From assembly GCA_015067725.1 (NCBI GenBank), contig SVLX01000008.1, forward strand, positions 954-64,953: a stretch of DNA of 64,000 bases, in the 5' to 3' direction. Both the position numbers and the translations under genes were made by a program. The stretch's first letter is position 1. The number at the start of each line of letters is the position of its first letter. The notes under the pieces were generated by a model. It worked only from the letters and a program-made list of their open reading frames with translations, did not search any database and was not told where the DNA came from. Below are positions 1 to 9,425 of the stretch, one piece after another. This DNA comes from Oscillospiraceae bacterium (lineage in GTDB: Bacteria > Bacillota > Clostridia > Oscillospirales > Oscillospiraceae).

Positions 1-66
1 GCCCCGGAGGATACTCTGCGGCAGAAGAAGCGGAAGGATTTGACTGACCTGGTCACCTGGCTCTGA
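1..66 (+). CDS. 3' end of an unidentified CDS entering from upstream of the window
   Basis: Open frame from base 1 (...PEDTLRQKKRKDLTDLVTWL) ending at TGA 64-66; too short to assign. Confidence 0.3.
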   Translation, partial: APEDTLRQKKRKDLTDLVTWL

Positions 67-95
67 GCAAAGGCACCGGAGAGGGGGGATATGTC

Positions 96-605
96 GTGCG
101 TATTGCCATCATGGGCTACAGCGGTTCCGGGAAATCCACGCTGGCGAAAACACTGGGGCAGCGGTATGCCCTCCCCGTTGTCCATCTGGATCAGCTTCAC
201 TTCCGGAAAAACTGGGTGGAGCGGTCGGATGAAGTGGCCATGTTTCTCCTGAAACCCTGGCTGAACGAGCCCAATTGGGTCATTGACGGCAACTATCACC
301 ATCTGGGCTATGAAGACCGGACAGAACTGGCTGATCGCATCATTATTCTGCAATTCTCCCGGATTACCTGCCTCCGGCGCGCCCTTTTTCGCTACCGACA
401 GTATCGGGGAAAAACCCGACCGGATATGACGCCGGGATGTCCGGAGAAATTTGACTTTGCCTTCTTCCGGTGGATTCTCCATGATGGACGAAAGAAGGCT
501 GTGCGCAGACGATATCAACAGCTCATGGAGACTTACCCCGAAAAATGCATCCTCTGCCGCAACCCCAGAGCCTTGCGCCATGTTTTAGAGCAGGGGTTAA
601 TTTGA
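96..605 (+). CDS. P-loop NMP-kinase-like protein (topology modulation FlaR / adenylate-kinase-like family)
   Basis: GTG start preceded by GGAGAGGGGGG; N-terminal Walker A MRIAIMGYSGSGKST; 169 aa, the typical size for this family. Confidence 0.75.
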   Translation: MRIAIMGYSGSGKSTLAKTLGQRYALPVVHLDQLHFRKNWVERSDEVAMFLLKPWLNEPNWVIDGNYHHLGYEDRTELADRIIILQFSRITCLRRALFRYRQYRGKTRPDMTPGCPEKFDFAFFRWILHDGRKKAVRRRYQQLMETYPEKCILCRNPRALRHVLEQGLI

Positions 606-676
606 ACAAAAAGCCGGATGTGCCAACATCCCATGGCATACAGCCGGGAATCTTGCCAAAAAAGGAGCAACGATAA

Positions 677-1756
677 ATGGAAGAAAAATATATGCACATT
701 TTGTCTCAATTCCCCATTGCGGGGAATCCGGTTTCCTGCCAACGCTATGGGCAGGGGCACATCAACGAGACATATCTGGTGGTGACCGACTGCGCTCACC
801 GATACATCCTGCAGAGAATCAATGACCACATCTTCAAAGATGTGGCAGGACTTATGGCCAATATTGTTCTGGTGACGGAGTATCTGCGGAGAATCGTGGA
901 TGACCCCCGGGAAACCATGACTGTGATTCATACCCACGAGGGTAAACCATACTATTGTTATTCAGCGGGCTATTACCGGCTCTATGACTTTGTTGAGGGC
1001 AGTTTGTGCCTGCAGGCGGCAGAAACAGAGGAAGACTTCTATCAGAGTGCTGTGGGGTTTGGCCGATTCCAGCAGCTTCTCCGGGATTTCCCGGCGCACC
1101 AACTCACTGAGCCCATTGCCAATTTCCACAACACCATCGACCGTTACCGCATCTTTAAGGAAGTCCTTGACCGCGACCCCATGGGCAGAGCCAAGGATGT
1201 TCGTCAGGAAATTGATTTTGTCCTCAGCCGGGAAGAGGAGGCCGGTCAGCTTCACCGGATGCGCATGGACGGCACGCTCCCCCTGCGGGTTACCCATAAT
1301 GACACCAAGCTGAACAATGTCCTGCTGGACGAGCAGACCCGCAAGGCCCTATGTGTCATTGATTTGGATACCATTATGCCGGGACTCAGTCTCTATGATT
1401 TCGGTGATTCCATCCGTTTTGGTGCCGCCACTGCCGCCGAAGACGAGAAGGACTTGAGCAAGGTGGGAATGAGTCTGGAACTGTTCAGAACCTATACCCG
1501 GGGCTTCCTCAGTGCTTGCCCCGGCCTGACGGATGCTGAGGTTGCCCATCTTCCTCTGGGAGCAAAGACCATGACCTTAGAGTGTGGTGTCCGTTTCCTG
1601 ACCGACTATCTGGATGGCGACCACTATTTCGCCGTCCACCGGGAGGGTCACAATCTGGACAGAGCCCGCACCCAGTTCAAGCTGGTTCAGGACATGGAAG
1701 AAAAATGGGAACAGATGCAGGCAGTTGTCCGGGAGGAAAGAGCCCATTCTTCTTAA
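677..1756 (+). CDS. APH-fold sugar/aminoglycoside-type kinase, N-acetylhexosamine 1-kinase (NahK/LnpB)-like
   Basis: AAAGGAG RBS; GQGHINETYLV nucleotide-binding loop; catalytic-loop motif HNDTKLNNVLLD; IDLDT; 359 aa. Confidence 0.65.
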   Translation: MEEKYMHILSQFPIAGNPVSCQRYGQGHINETYLVVTDCAHRYILQRINDHIFKDVAGLMANIVLVTEYLRRIVDDPRETMTVIHTHEGKPYYCYSAGYYRLYDFVEGSLCLQAAETEEDFYQSAVGFGRFQQLLRDFPAHQLTEPIANFHNTIDRYRIFKEVLDRDPMGRAKDVRQEIDFVLSREEEAGQLHRMRMDGTLPLRVTHNDTKLNNVLLDEQTRKALCVIDLDTIMPGLSLYDFGDSIRFGAATAAEDEKDLSKVGMSLELFRTYTRGFLSACPGLTDAEVAHLPLGAKTMTLECGVRFLTDYLDGDHYFAVHREGHNLDRARTQFKLVQDMEEKWEQMQAVVREERAHSS

Positions 1757-1898
1757 GTGAAAACTGAAGATAGCAACAACAGCCCCAAGAAGGAGCAGAT
1801 CCCATTCCAGTCTCCGGCGACCACAGCCGGATGCAGAACAAACCAGAAACCGGCATAGAAGCATTTGCCCGGAATGGATCAGGGCTTACGGATACAAT

Positions 1899-1949
1899 AA
1901 TCCCCCTAAAGCAGACCGCAGAAGAATTCGGGTCTGTTTTAGGGGGATT
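1899..1949. terminator. Long imperfect hairpin between the convergent kinase-like gene and deoB (putative bidirectional terminator)
   Basis: aatccccctaaagcagacc (1899-1917) pairs with gggtctgttttagggggatt (1930-1949); 12-nt loop; no strong U-tract. Confidence 0.35.
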
Positions 1950-2041
1950 GTCTTCATCCGGCTTCAGCGGCAGGGCTGATGTTGGGTTAGAAGCCCACAC
2001 AGACCCCCTGCATTTCCCCATCTTACCTCAGCACAAAAGCC

Positions 2042-3205
2042 TCACAAAATCTCCTTGGCGAAGCTCTTACCCGGGCAGGTGTAGGAAATGCCCAGAAGCT
2101 CTGCTACGGTGGCGGCAATGTCGGCAAAACTGGCTCTGGTGCTCAGATTCACCGGCTTGACCTTCTTTCCGCCAATGAGCAGGGGTACATATTCTCTGGT
2201 GTGGTCGGTGGTGGCAGAGTATGCCGGGTCGCAACCGTGGTCGGCAGTAATCATGACCAAATCCTCCTCCCCCAGCTTCTCCATGAAGCCGGGCAACCAG
2301 GCATCAAATTCATTGAGGGCTTTGGCATAGCCGTCGATGTCCCGGCGATGACCATAGAGCATATCAAAGTCCACCAGATTCACGAAGCACAGGCCATGGA
2401 AATCCTTCTCCGCATAGCGCATGGCGTGTTCCATGCCATTGGTGTTGCTCTGGTTATAGACGTGCTCGGTTGTGCCCCGACCGGCGAAGATGTCATAAAT
2501 CTTGCCCACGCCGATGGAATCCAGCCCCGCCTCCACCAGTGCATCGAGAAGGGTCTGGGTGGGCGGCTCCAGGGAGAAGTCATGTCGGTTGGCGGTACGG
2601 GTGTACTTGCCGGAGGTCCCCACGAAGGGGCGGGCAATAACCCGGCCCACGCCATGCCTGCCCTGCAGAATCCGGCGGGCAATGCGGCAGTATGCATACA
2701 GGTCATCCAGAGGAACAACCTCCTCATGGGCGGCAATCTGGAACACGGAGTCGGCGGAGGTATAGACAATCAAATCGCCGGTGCGGACGTGCTCGTCGCC
2801 ATAGGCATCAATGACCGCTGTGCCGGACCAGGGGGCATTGGCCAATGTGCCGCGACCGGTGGCCTCCCGGAAGGGCTGCAGGACTTCCTCCGGGAATCCC
2901 TCAGGGTAGGTGGGCAGGGGGTCAGGGGAGATGAGACCGGCAATCTCCCAGTGACCAATGGTGGTGTCCTTGCCCATGGAAGCCTCCCGAAGCCGGGCAT
3001 AAGCACCGGTGGGGGCAGACTCCTTCCCCAAGCAAGTCACGCCGTCAATATTGCCCAGACCCAGTTTCCTCATGTTGGGAATGTTCAGCAGTGGGGATGT
3101 GGCGCAACTGGCCAGGGTATTGACATTGACATCGCCAAAGCTTTCGGCATCGGGCATGGCGCCAATACCGCAGGAATCCAGAACGAATAAAAAGATACGT
3201 TTCAT
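2042..3205 (-). CDS. deoB: Phosphopentomutase
   Basis: GGAGG RBS; MKRIFLFVLDSCGIGAMPDA...; TADHGCDP metal-site motif; 387 aa. Confidence 0.93.
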   Translation of the reverse strand: MKRIFLFVLDSCGIGAMPDAESFGDVNVNTLASCATSPLLNIPNMRKLGLGNIDGVTCLGKESAPTGAYARLREASMGKDTTIGHWEIAGLISPDPLPTYPEGFPEEVLQPFREATGRGTLANAPWSGTAVIDAYGDEHVRTGDLIVYTSADSVFQIAAHEEVVPLDDLYAYCRIARRILQGRHGVGRVIARPFVGTSGKYTRTANRHDFSLEPPTQTLLDALVEAGLDSIGVGKIYDIFAGRGTTEHVYNQSNTNGMEHAMRYAEKDFHGLCFVNLVDFDMLYGHRRDIDGYAKALNEFDAWLPGFMEKLGEEDLVMITADHGCDPAYSATTDHTREYVPLLIGGKKVKPVNLSTRASFADIAATVAELLGISYTCPGKSFAKEIL

Positions 3206-3260
3206 GGGTTTACCTCCAAGTCAGGATTGTATTAAACTTCATTATCTATGGATTGTTGGG

Positions 3261-4493
3261 TTACCATACCCCATCCGGGGATTCCAGATATTGGGCATGG
3301 GGGTACAACCGGCGTAGTTGTCTTGCTCTCTCCGGGTGGTACATGACCACCAGAGCCTCCCGTTGCCAGTAAGATTGGCGGCTTAGTTTCCTCCCCCACC
3401 AGCGGAAAAAACAGCACGTTTCCCAGTCATCTATAGCAGAATATGTCGCCATAAACTTCCGGCCACCGATGCTGCGCCTCAGGTGTTTTCGTTCCCGCAG
3501 GGCAACCTCGTCCCGGCTTAAGGGTGAAACCACCAGATAGTCCGCCACAGCCCCAGCCTTCAGTCCACGCACCCGGGCAATGGTTTTGATGGCTCCGGCA
3601 GAAATCGCCTGTTTTTTTCGTTGGGATACAAAGATCCCCTCCGGCTCTGCCTGAATCTGTTCGTTTTCTTTCCGGGCAACCACATACAGGGTAAGCATCA
3701 GCACTCCCGCAGGGCAGAGTCCCAGATACCACGTCTCCGGCACAATTGCAACCAGCAGTGCCGAGAGTATGCCCATAACCACCACAACGGAAAGCAGTTC
3801 CCTCCCTATGGCAGCCTGTTTCTCTCCCCGGAAGAAAACACCGGATGTCGCTCCACCATGAGGTGACCATGACTTGTGGGTCAGCAGGGATACGGGGTGC
3901 ATATGAGGGTAGCAGTGCCGCAGTATGCAGGAATTGTCTATGGTATTCCGCAGGCAGTAAATCTTCCTGTTTCTCCCCGGAAAACCCTTCTGGCTATGGC
4001 GGTGCAGATATGTTTTGGCGAAGGTTTTCCGCCATTCCGGCTGTTGTTTCCGGGCAGAAATGGCCTCCGGGCTGAGTTTTTGCCGTTTTAGTTCCTGTGT
4101 CTGCAGCCAAATCAGTTCCTCTAAACCATATGTCGAGAGATAAAGCATGGGCAGCCCGGAAACCCGGCGGCTTGGCTGGCTTTCTGCAAGAATCAGATGT
4201 AATTGCCCCGCAGACAGCAATTCCGGTTTTCTGCCGGGTCTGCGCACCTCAATACCGTCGGGCATCAGCACCAGTTTGGTCATGCCATCATCGCAGATTA
4301 CCACAGACAGCAAAGAACCAAGCAGAAACAAGACAGCCACGCCACAAGCCCCGGCAAACGCCGACCACACCGCCGCCACCAGAAAAGTCAGCAGAAGACC
4401 GGCGCTCAGAAGAATCAGGCTTCGGTTTGGGCGGAGGCTGGGATAGTTTTTTTCCTTACGTTCATGGTATTCTTCCATTATTCTTGTTTCCAC
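3261..4493 (-). CDS. Membrane protein, paralog family member A1 (two 2TM + beta-rich modules)
   Basis: Two TM pairs; module cores MPDGIEVRRPGRKPELLSAGQLHLIL and EPEGIFVSQRKKQAISAGAIKTIARV; C-terminal RRLYPHAQYLESPDGVW shared with A2 and A3; GTG start at 4493, alternative ATG at 4478. Confidence 0.7.
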   Translation of the reverse strand: METRIMEEYHERKEKNYPSLRPNRSLILLSAGLLLTFLVAAVWSAFAGACGVAVLFLLGSLLSVVICDDGMTKLVLMPDGIEVRRPGRKPELLSAGQLHLILAESQPSRRVSGLPMLYLSTYGLEELIWLQTQELKRQKLSPEAISARKQQPEWRKTFAKTYLHRHSQKGFPGRNRKIYCLRNTIDNSCILRHCYPHMHPVSLLTHKSWSPHGGATSGVFFRGEKQAAIGRELLSVVVVMGILSALLVAIVPETWYLGLCPAGVLMLTLYVVARKENEQIQAEPEGIFVSQRKKQAISAGAIKTIARVRGLKAGAVADYLVVSPLSRDEVALRERKHLRRSIGGRKFMATYSAIDDWETCCFFRWWGRKLSRQSYWQREALVVMYHPERARQLRRLYPHAQYLESPDGVW

Positions 4494-4523
4494 TTCCCTT
4501 GATGCTCGCTTTCGTGTGGGCGG

Positions 4524-5630
4524 TCAGAATATTCCCTTCTGAGATTCCAGCCACTGGGCCTTCGGGTATAACTCCCGGAGCTGTTTCTCCTGCCCCGGCT
4601 GGTATTCTACAGCCAGCCAACGGCGACCTCGGCTACCAAAGCAATGAATCCTCCCGGAATAGTAGCGCAGGGCGCAAAGCTGCTCCCCATCAGGAAGCCG
4701 GGAATACATCCCCAGGAGCGTTTTTCCGGTCAAGCGACAACGCAACGCCTTTCTGTACCGGGTTGCGGCTTCCTCCGCCGTCAGGTCAGAGAACATCAGC
4801 ACCTGAGTCACTTCGGTACCCACCTTGACCCGGAACTTTGCCATGGTTTTGATGGACTCTGCGGGAATCAGACTTTTCTTCTTACCCCGCAGCAACCGGA
4901 TTCCCTCCAGGGCAGGCATATAGCCATAAACGCCCGGATAGAGCAACCATCCCAGCAAAACGGCCACCACACCGGCAAGCAGGAACAGCAGCAGCTTGTT
5001 CCCCAAATCTCCCAGAAACAGCACCAGACTGAATACAGCCATAGCCGTCACAAGAGCAATGTTGACGCGGGTGGAGTCACGATGGGCCATTGCGTTCTTC
5101 TTTTTCAGTTTCTGCGTTGTCTCCCCGGTCTGCTCCGGTCTGATTTGGGATATGGGTAAAGCTACCTTCTCCGGGAAGCACTGTTTCAGCACCGACACCA
5201 ATTCCTCATCCCCGGGCAGTCTGATGAAGCTCTGTCTTGCGGCTTCATGGACATTGCCAATCAACAGCGGGTACAGGTATTCTCTGGCAAAATTCATCTG
5301 CCAGTTGGGGTCCTCTTTTCGCCGGGGCAATTCCCTGGCGCTGAGAGGACTGTTTTGCAGTTCGGTTTCCCGAAGCTCCGCCAGCTCATTCAGGCTGTGG
5401 GGGCACAGGCAGAACTGGGCATTGCCCACTTCCCTGCTTCCCCAGAGATAAATGTGGAGCTGTTCTTCCCCAAGCCACAGTACCCTCCTGCCGGATCGCC
5501 ACACCGTGACCCCCTCCGGGGACAATGTCACCTCTGTAGCGGACCGCCCAGGAATCCGCAGACCCGGCGACCGGAACGGCGAGCCCGCCTTGACCAGTGG
5601 AATTCTAAATGTCGCAATTTCTTCCGTCAT
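4524..5630 (-). CDS. Membrane protein, paralog family member A2
   Basis: GGGGAGG RBS; cores SPEGVTVWRSGRRVLWLGEEQLHIYL (no TM pair before it) and ALEGIRLLRGKKKSLIPAESIKTMAKF; C-terminus RELYPKAQWLESQKGIF. Confidence 0.7.
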   Translation of the reverse strand: MTEEIATFRIPLVKAGSPFRSPGLRIPGRSATEVTLSPEGVTVWRSGRRVLWLGEEQLHIYLWGSREVGNAQFCLCPHSLNELAELRETELQNSPLSARELPRRKEDPNWQMNFAREYLYPLLIGNVHEAARQSFIRLPGDEELVSVLKQCFPEKVALPISQIRPEQTGETTQKLKKKNAMAHRDSTRVNIALVTAMAVFSLVLFLGDLGNKLLLFLLAGVVAVLLGWLLYPGVYGYMPALEGIRLLRGKKKSLIPAESIKTMAKFRVKVGTEVTQVLMFSDLTAEEAATRYRKALRCRLTGKTLLGMYSRLPDGEQLCALRYYSGRIHCFGSRGRRWLAVEYQPGQEKQLRELYPKAQWLESQKGIF

Positions 5631-5684
5631 GGTCAGTACCTCCCCGGTTTTTCTGTGTTGGTTTATGTGTTATGGGTCGTGGAG

Positions 5685-6920
5685 TCAGAACAATCCCTCC
5701 GGCCAGTCCAGCCACTGGGCGTGGGGGTACAATTCTCTCAGCAACTTCTCCCGCTCCGGGGTGTAGGCCGCCACCAACAGCTCCTGGTCGGTACCTCCGT
5801 GCCAGAGGATCCTGCGGGAGCAGTAGCACTGGGCAAGCGTTTCCGCTCCATTGGGTATTTGCGCGTACAGCCCCATCGTCCTGCGGCCGGAAGCACTTCG
5901 GCACAGGTATTGCGTCTGCCGCCGGGCAAGCTCCTCCACGGTCAGTTCTGTAAGAACGAGACTGTAGGAGAACCCGTATCTTTTTGCAATGGCAATTTTG
6001 GCAATGGTTTTGATGTTTTTCCCAGGAATCAGCCGTGGTTTTCTGCCTTCCAGCCGGATTCCCTCCGGCGTGGGACGGAATACCTGATTTTTGGGGCAAA
6101 GCAGAAATCCTGCGAACAAAACAACCAGAAATGTTCCTCCCACCACGGGCCACGGCGGCAGTCCCCACTTTATTGCCGGAAAAACAACGAGCCAAGGCAA
6201 CAGCACCGCCGCAAATACAATTGCCAAGACCCATGCCGTGCAATCACTCTCCCTGCCGCCGAGGCGCTCTTTCTCCTGCTTACAGGATGTCTGAAACACT
6301 TGGGGTGTCAATGTACCCAACTGTCGGCAAGGCATCATCGGGAAAAACCGCTGCAAGACCGATTCCATTTCCTGGGTGCAATCCAGTTCAATCAGACTCT
6401 TTTTCACCGGATCCCGCAGGCCTCTGGCCGTCCAGCGCAGGATATATTCCCTGGCAAATATGCTCTGCCACTTCGCGCTCCGCTTGCGGAAGACCAGTTC
6501 ATTGCGGCTCAGTACACTTTTTTCTATCTCTGCCTCCCGAAAAGAGGCCAGCTTCTCAAGGGTATAAGGACTGAGGCACAGACAATACCGATTGCGGCTG
6601 GTATCGCCACACAAATAGAGATTCAACTGGTCTGCCGGAATCCTAAGCCGCAGTCTGCCGAAACGGTAAAGCCGAACTTCTTCCCGGTTCAGTACCACCA
6701 TCGTACCTGCCCGACGAACCAGATATATCCCCAGCACTACATACACTGCACCAAAGGGCAAATTCAAAAGCCCCAGTATCGGCGCACCCCAAAAGAGTTC
6801 AAACACGCCGCCAACCGCAATTCCCAGTGCAATCAGAACCCCGAAACCACCAGTCAGCGTATACAACCATCGTGGCCGGTATGCCGGGCATCGAATATCC
6901 TCCGGTCTTTCTGTAATCAT
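5685..6920 (-). CDS. Membrane protein, paralog family member A3
   Basis: GGGAGAAG RBS; ATGA overlap with A4 stop; cores NREEVRLYRFGRLRLRIPADQLNLYL and TPEGIRLEGRKPRLIPGKNIKTIAKI; C-terminus RELYPHAQWLDWPEGLF. Confidence 0.7.
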   Translation of the reverse strand: MITERPEDIRCPAYRPRWLYTLTGGFGVLIALGIAVGGVFELFWGAPILGLLNLPFGAVYVVLGIYLVRRAGTMVVLNREEVRLYRFGRLRLRIPADQLNLYLCGDTSRNRYCLCLSPYTLEKLASFREAEIEKSVLSRNELVFRKRSAKWQSIFAREYILRWTARGLRDPVKKSLIELDCTQEMESVLQRFFPMMPCRQLGTLTPQVFQTSCKQEKERLGGRESDCTAWVLAIVFAAVLLPWLVVFPAIKWGLPPWPVVGGTFLVVLFAGFLLCPKNQVFRPTPEGIRLEGRKPRLIPGKNIKTIAKIAIAKRYGFSYSLVLTELTVEELARRQTQYLCRSASGRRTMGLYAQIPNGAETLAQCYCSRRILWHGGTDQELLVAAYTPEREKLLRELYPHAQWLDWPEGLF

Positions 6921-7558
6921 GCTTCTTCTCCCTCTGCTGTGCAGTTCTGTGCATTGTTCAAATAGGGCAGTATGGCCTGCAGGAGATCATGGTCATAGCC
7001 CATCAGAATATCCTGCTCCAATCCGAGGAGCAACCGTGTCATTCGGCGTTCAATCCGCACCTGACTCCAGGAGAATATATTGTCCAGTGCCATACCCTGG
7101 CTGAGGATGCTCCGTCTGGCTGAGGGTTTTCTGGCCAGAATCCGCCGTCCCTCCTCCTCAATGTTCCTTCTGGTGCTGGTGGACAGCAACACAAGGCCCT
7201 CATAGGTCGGATTACCCCGGCCAAAGCCAATCTCCCCGTAGCATACAGTCCGGATTGATCTGACCGGTCTGCGGCAAAGTACAACAGGCCCAAGGCACAC
7301 CCTGAGTTCCATCCGGTCCAGTTCAATTCGCTCCAGACAGAACAGTGCCATTGCTGCACCCACCAAAAAGAACCAGATAAAGCCACCGAAAATCAGCCCA
7401 ATAAAGGGCCAAACCTGCCAGGGCACTCCGCTGTAGTCTACCGACACAAGCTGTACCAGAACAAAGGCAGGTAGCCCGCAGAATGCCAGCCCATGAAACC
7501 GCAGCATTCTCTGCGCCCCGGCTCTGGGGACAGATATGCCCCGCTCCATCGTTTTCAT
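6917..7558 (-). CDS. Membrane protein, paralog family member A4 (single module)
   Basis: GGAGGG RBS; one TM pair followed by RIELDRMELRVCLGPVVLCRRPVRSIRTV. Confidence 0.6.
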   Translation of the reverse strand: MKTMERGISVPRAGAQRMLRFHGLAFCGLPAFVLVQLVSVDYSGVPWQVWPFIGLIFGGFIWFFLVGAAMALFCLERIELDRMELRVCLGPVVLCRRPVRSIRTVCYGEIGFGRGNPTYEGLVLLSTSTRRNIEEEGRRILARKPSARRSILSQGMALDNIFSWSQVRIERRMTRLLLGLEQDILMGYDHDLLQAILPYLNNAQNCTAEGEEA

Positions 7559-7627
7559 CCATATCCCTCCTCAGGCAAAAAGGGGCGGCAATTCAGCCGC
7601 CCCCATCTTACGATTCTTCCTCCGGGT

Positions 7628-8260
7628 CTAGTCCCGGATTATCTCCACCTGTTGGAACGCCTTGAGCAGCATGGCCTCACGGCTTTTTGTATAATCCATC
7701 CAGATAAAGTCTCCTCCTGTGCGATACCGGCGGCGAACCTGTCGGGCGGCATAGTCCAGTAAAAACCGCTTTCTCATTACCGGTGACAACTGACCATAAG
7801 TCAGCCCACTGGGATTCAGGGGACTCCGGTTCTGGATATCCAGTTCCTTTTGAATCAGCATCTGGGGCGATAGCAGTCCAATGCCCAGCATATCGTTACG
7901 ACGGCGTCGCACACCGGGGCAGTAAACAATAACCTGCACCTGACTGCGTGGTATGCACTGCAGTTCCCGTTTACCCCGGCAGACCCGCAACCCCCGGCAG
8001 TCCAGGGTGATGGTGTCCATCTCATAGCGGATTTCCAAGCAGAGCCATAGTAGTGCTGCAACCAGTAGCGGGATAATCAGCCATCCCAGCCCTTCACACA
8101 CACGCCTATCCATTGTTCTTCCCAAGTTTATGGCAATCCACGCACACGTCAGTACAGCAACAACCAGCAACAGCGCAGGGGATTTGCTCCGCCGAATACG
8201 GAACTGGTATTCCTCAATTGCAATATCTTTACGGAAGCGAGGGATTCCCGACTCAGGCAT
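7628..8260 (-). CDS. Membrane protein, paralog family member A5 (single module)
   Basis: One TM pair followed by ITLDCRGLRVCRGKRELQCIPRSQVQVIV; ATG lies inside the last codons of deoD (8-nt overlap). Confidence 0.6.
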   Translation of the reverse strand: MPESGIPRFRKDIAIEEYQFRIRRSKSPALLLVVAVLTCAWIAINLGRTMDRRVCEGLGWLIIPLLVAALLWLCLEIRYEMDTITLDCRGLRVCRGKRELQCIPRSQVQVIVYCPGVRRRRNDMLGIGLLSPQMLIQKELDIQNRSPLNPSGLTYGQLSPVMRKRFLLDYAARQVRRRYRTGGDFIWMDYTKSREAMLLKAFQQVEIIRD

Positions 8261-8999
8261 TTTCCATCTTCACGGCCACTTCCAGCGCCACCTTCATCAT
8301 GGTGGTGAAGGAATTCTGCCGCTGCTCGGAGGTGGTCTCCTCACCGGTCAGCACATGGTCAGAAATGGTGCAGATGCACAGGCCACGCTTGCCATAGCGG
8401 GCGGCGTTCATGTACAGGGCGGCGGCCTCCATCTCCAGCGCCATAACGCCCATCTTCTGCAGACCATAGAGAGAGTCCAAACCCTCAGGGACACCAATGT
8501 GGTCGCCATAGAAGACATCAGAGGAATTCACATTGCCCACATGGTAAACGGCACCGGCTTCCCGGGCCGCCTCAACCGCAGCCTCCAGAAGCGCATAGGA
8601 GGCAATGGGGGCGAAAGTGCCGGGCAGATGGAACTGCTTGGCCCAGGCAGAGTCGGTGCAGGCACCCTGAGCAATGACCAGGTCATAGAGATGGATGTGC
8701 TCCTGAATGGCACCGGCAGAGCCCACACGGATGATGTTCTCCACGCCATAGCCATTGAACAGCTCATGGGAGTAAATGCCAATGGCGGGCATACCCATGC
8801 CAGAGGCCATGACAGAGACCTTAACGCCCTTATAATAGCCGGTATAACCCTGAACACCACGGACATTGTTCACCAGAACCGGGTTCTCCAGGAAGTTCTC
8901 CGCAATAAACTTAGAGCGCAGAGGGTCACCGGGCATCAGCACAGTCTTACCAAAATCGCCGGGTTTGGCGGAAATGTGGGGGGTAGGGGTTTTCAGCAT
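8253..8999 (-). CDS. deoD: Purine nucleoside phosphorylase, DeoD type
   Basis: AAGGAG RBS; PHISAKPGDFGKTVLMPGDPLRSKFIAENFL...NNVRG...YKG..VSVMASGMGMP is close to my recollection of E. coli DeoD. Confidence 0.9.
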   Translation of the reverse strand: MLKTPTPHISAKPGDFGKTVLMPGDPLRSKFIAENFLENPVLVNNVRGVQGYTGYYKGVKVSVMASGMGMPAIGIYSHELFNGYGVENIIRVGSAGAIQEHIHLYDLVIAQGACTDSAWAKQFHLPGTFAPIASYALLEAAVEAAREAGAVYHVGNVNSSDVFYGDHIGVPEGLDSLYGLQKMGVMALEMEAAALYMNAARYGKRGLCICTISDHVLTGEETTSEQRQNSFTTMMKVALEVAVKMENA

Positions 9000-9016
9000 A
9001 ATGTATTCTCCTTCAC

Positions 9017-9388
9017 TTACAATTTGATTGTCGTTCCAAGGATTTGTTGTACTTCAGCATGGATAACATCACAAATCCCAGGAAAATTCTCCATAATATC
9101 GTTGTTACAAAATCTCAAAACCTTTATGTGGTGCAAATTTAAGCGTGCCGTTCTTTCCTCGTCTTTTATCATCGCATCGGGCTCATAGTGGCCGCTACCA
9201 TCCAGCTCAATTGCAAGACGGGCAGAAGCACAGTAAAAGTCCACAATATAGGAATCAATGGGCTTTTGCCGCTGAAACCGGACTGGATATGTCCGCAGAA
9301 ACTGATACCAGAGTTTTCGCTCCCACGGCGTCATATCTTTACGCAATCGCTTCGCTAACGACACATTTCTTCGGTCATAATACTGCAC
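9017..9388 (-). CDS. DUF559 (Vsr-like endonuclease fold) domain protein
   Basis: GTG start after GAGGTGAG; LRKDMTPWERKLWYQFLR...FQRQKPIDSYIVDFYC...LAIELDGSGH...D..R is the DUF559 signature; visibly AT-richer than its neighbours. Confidence 0.85.
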   Translation of the reverse strand: MQYYDRRNVSLAKRLRKDMTPWERKLWYQFLRTYPVRFQRQKPIDSYIVDFYCASARLAIELDGSGHYEPDAMIKDEERTARLNLHHIKVLRFCNNDIMENFPGICDVIHAEVQQILGTTIKL

Positions 9389-9425
9389 AGACTCACCTCA
9401 ATTCCACACGAACACCACTCTATCT

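Noticed and set aside
5247-6965. A 572-aa plus-strand ORF spanning two paralog genes
   Set aside because: The translation is Pro/Arg/Gln-rich with no TM segment or motif. The minus-strand ORFs have RBSs, TM pairs, mutual paralogy and tidy spacing, so the minus strand is the coding strand.
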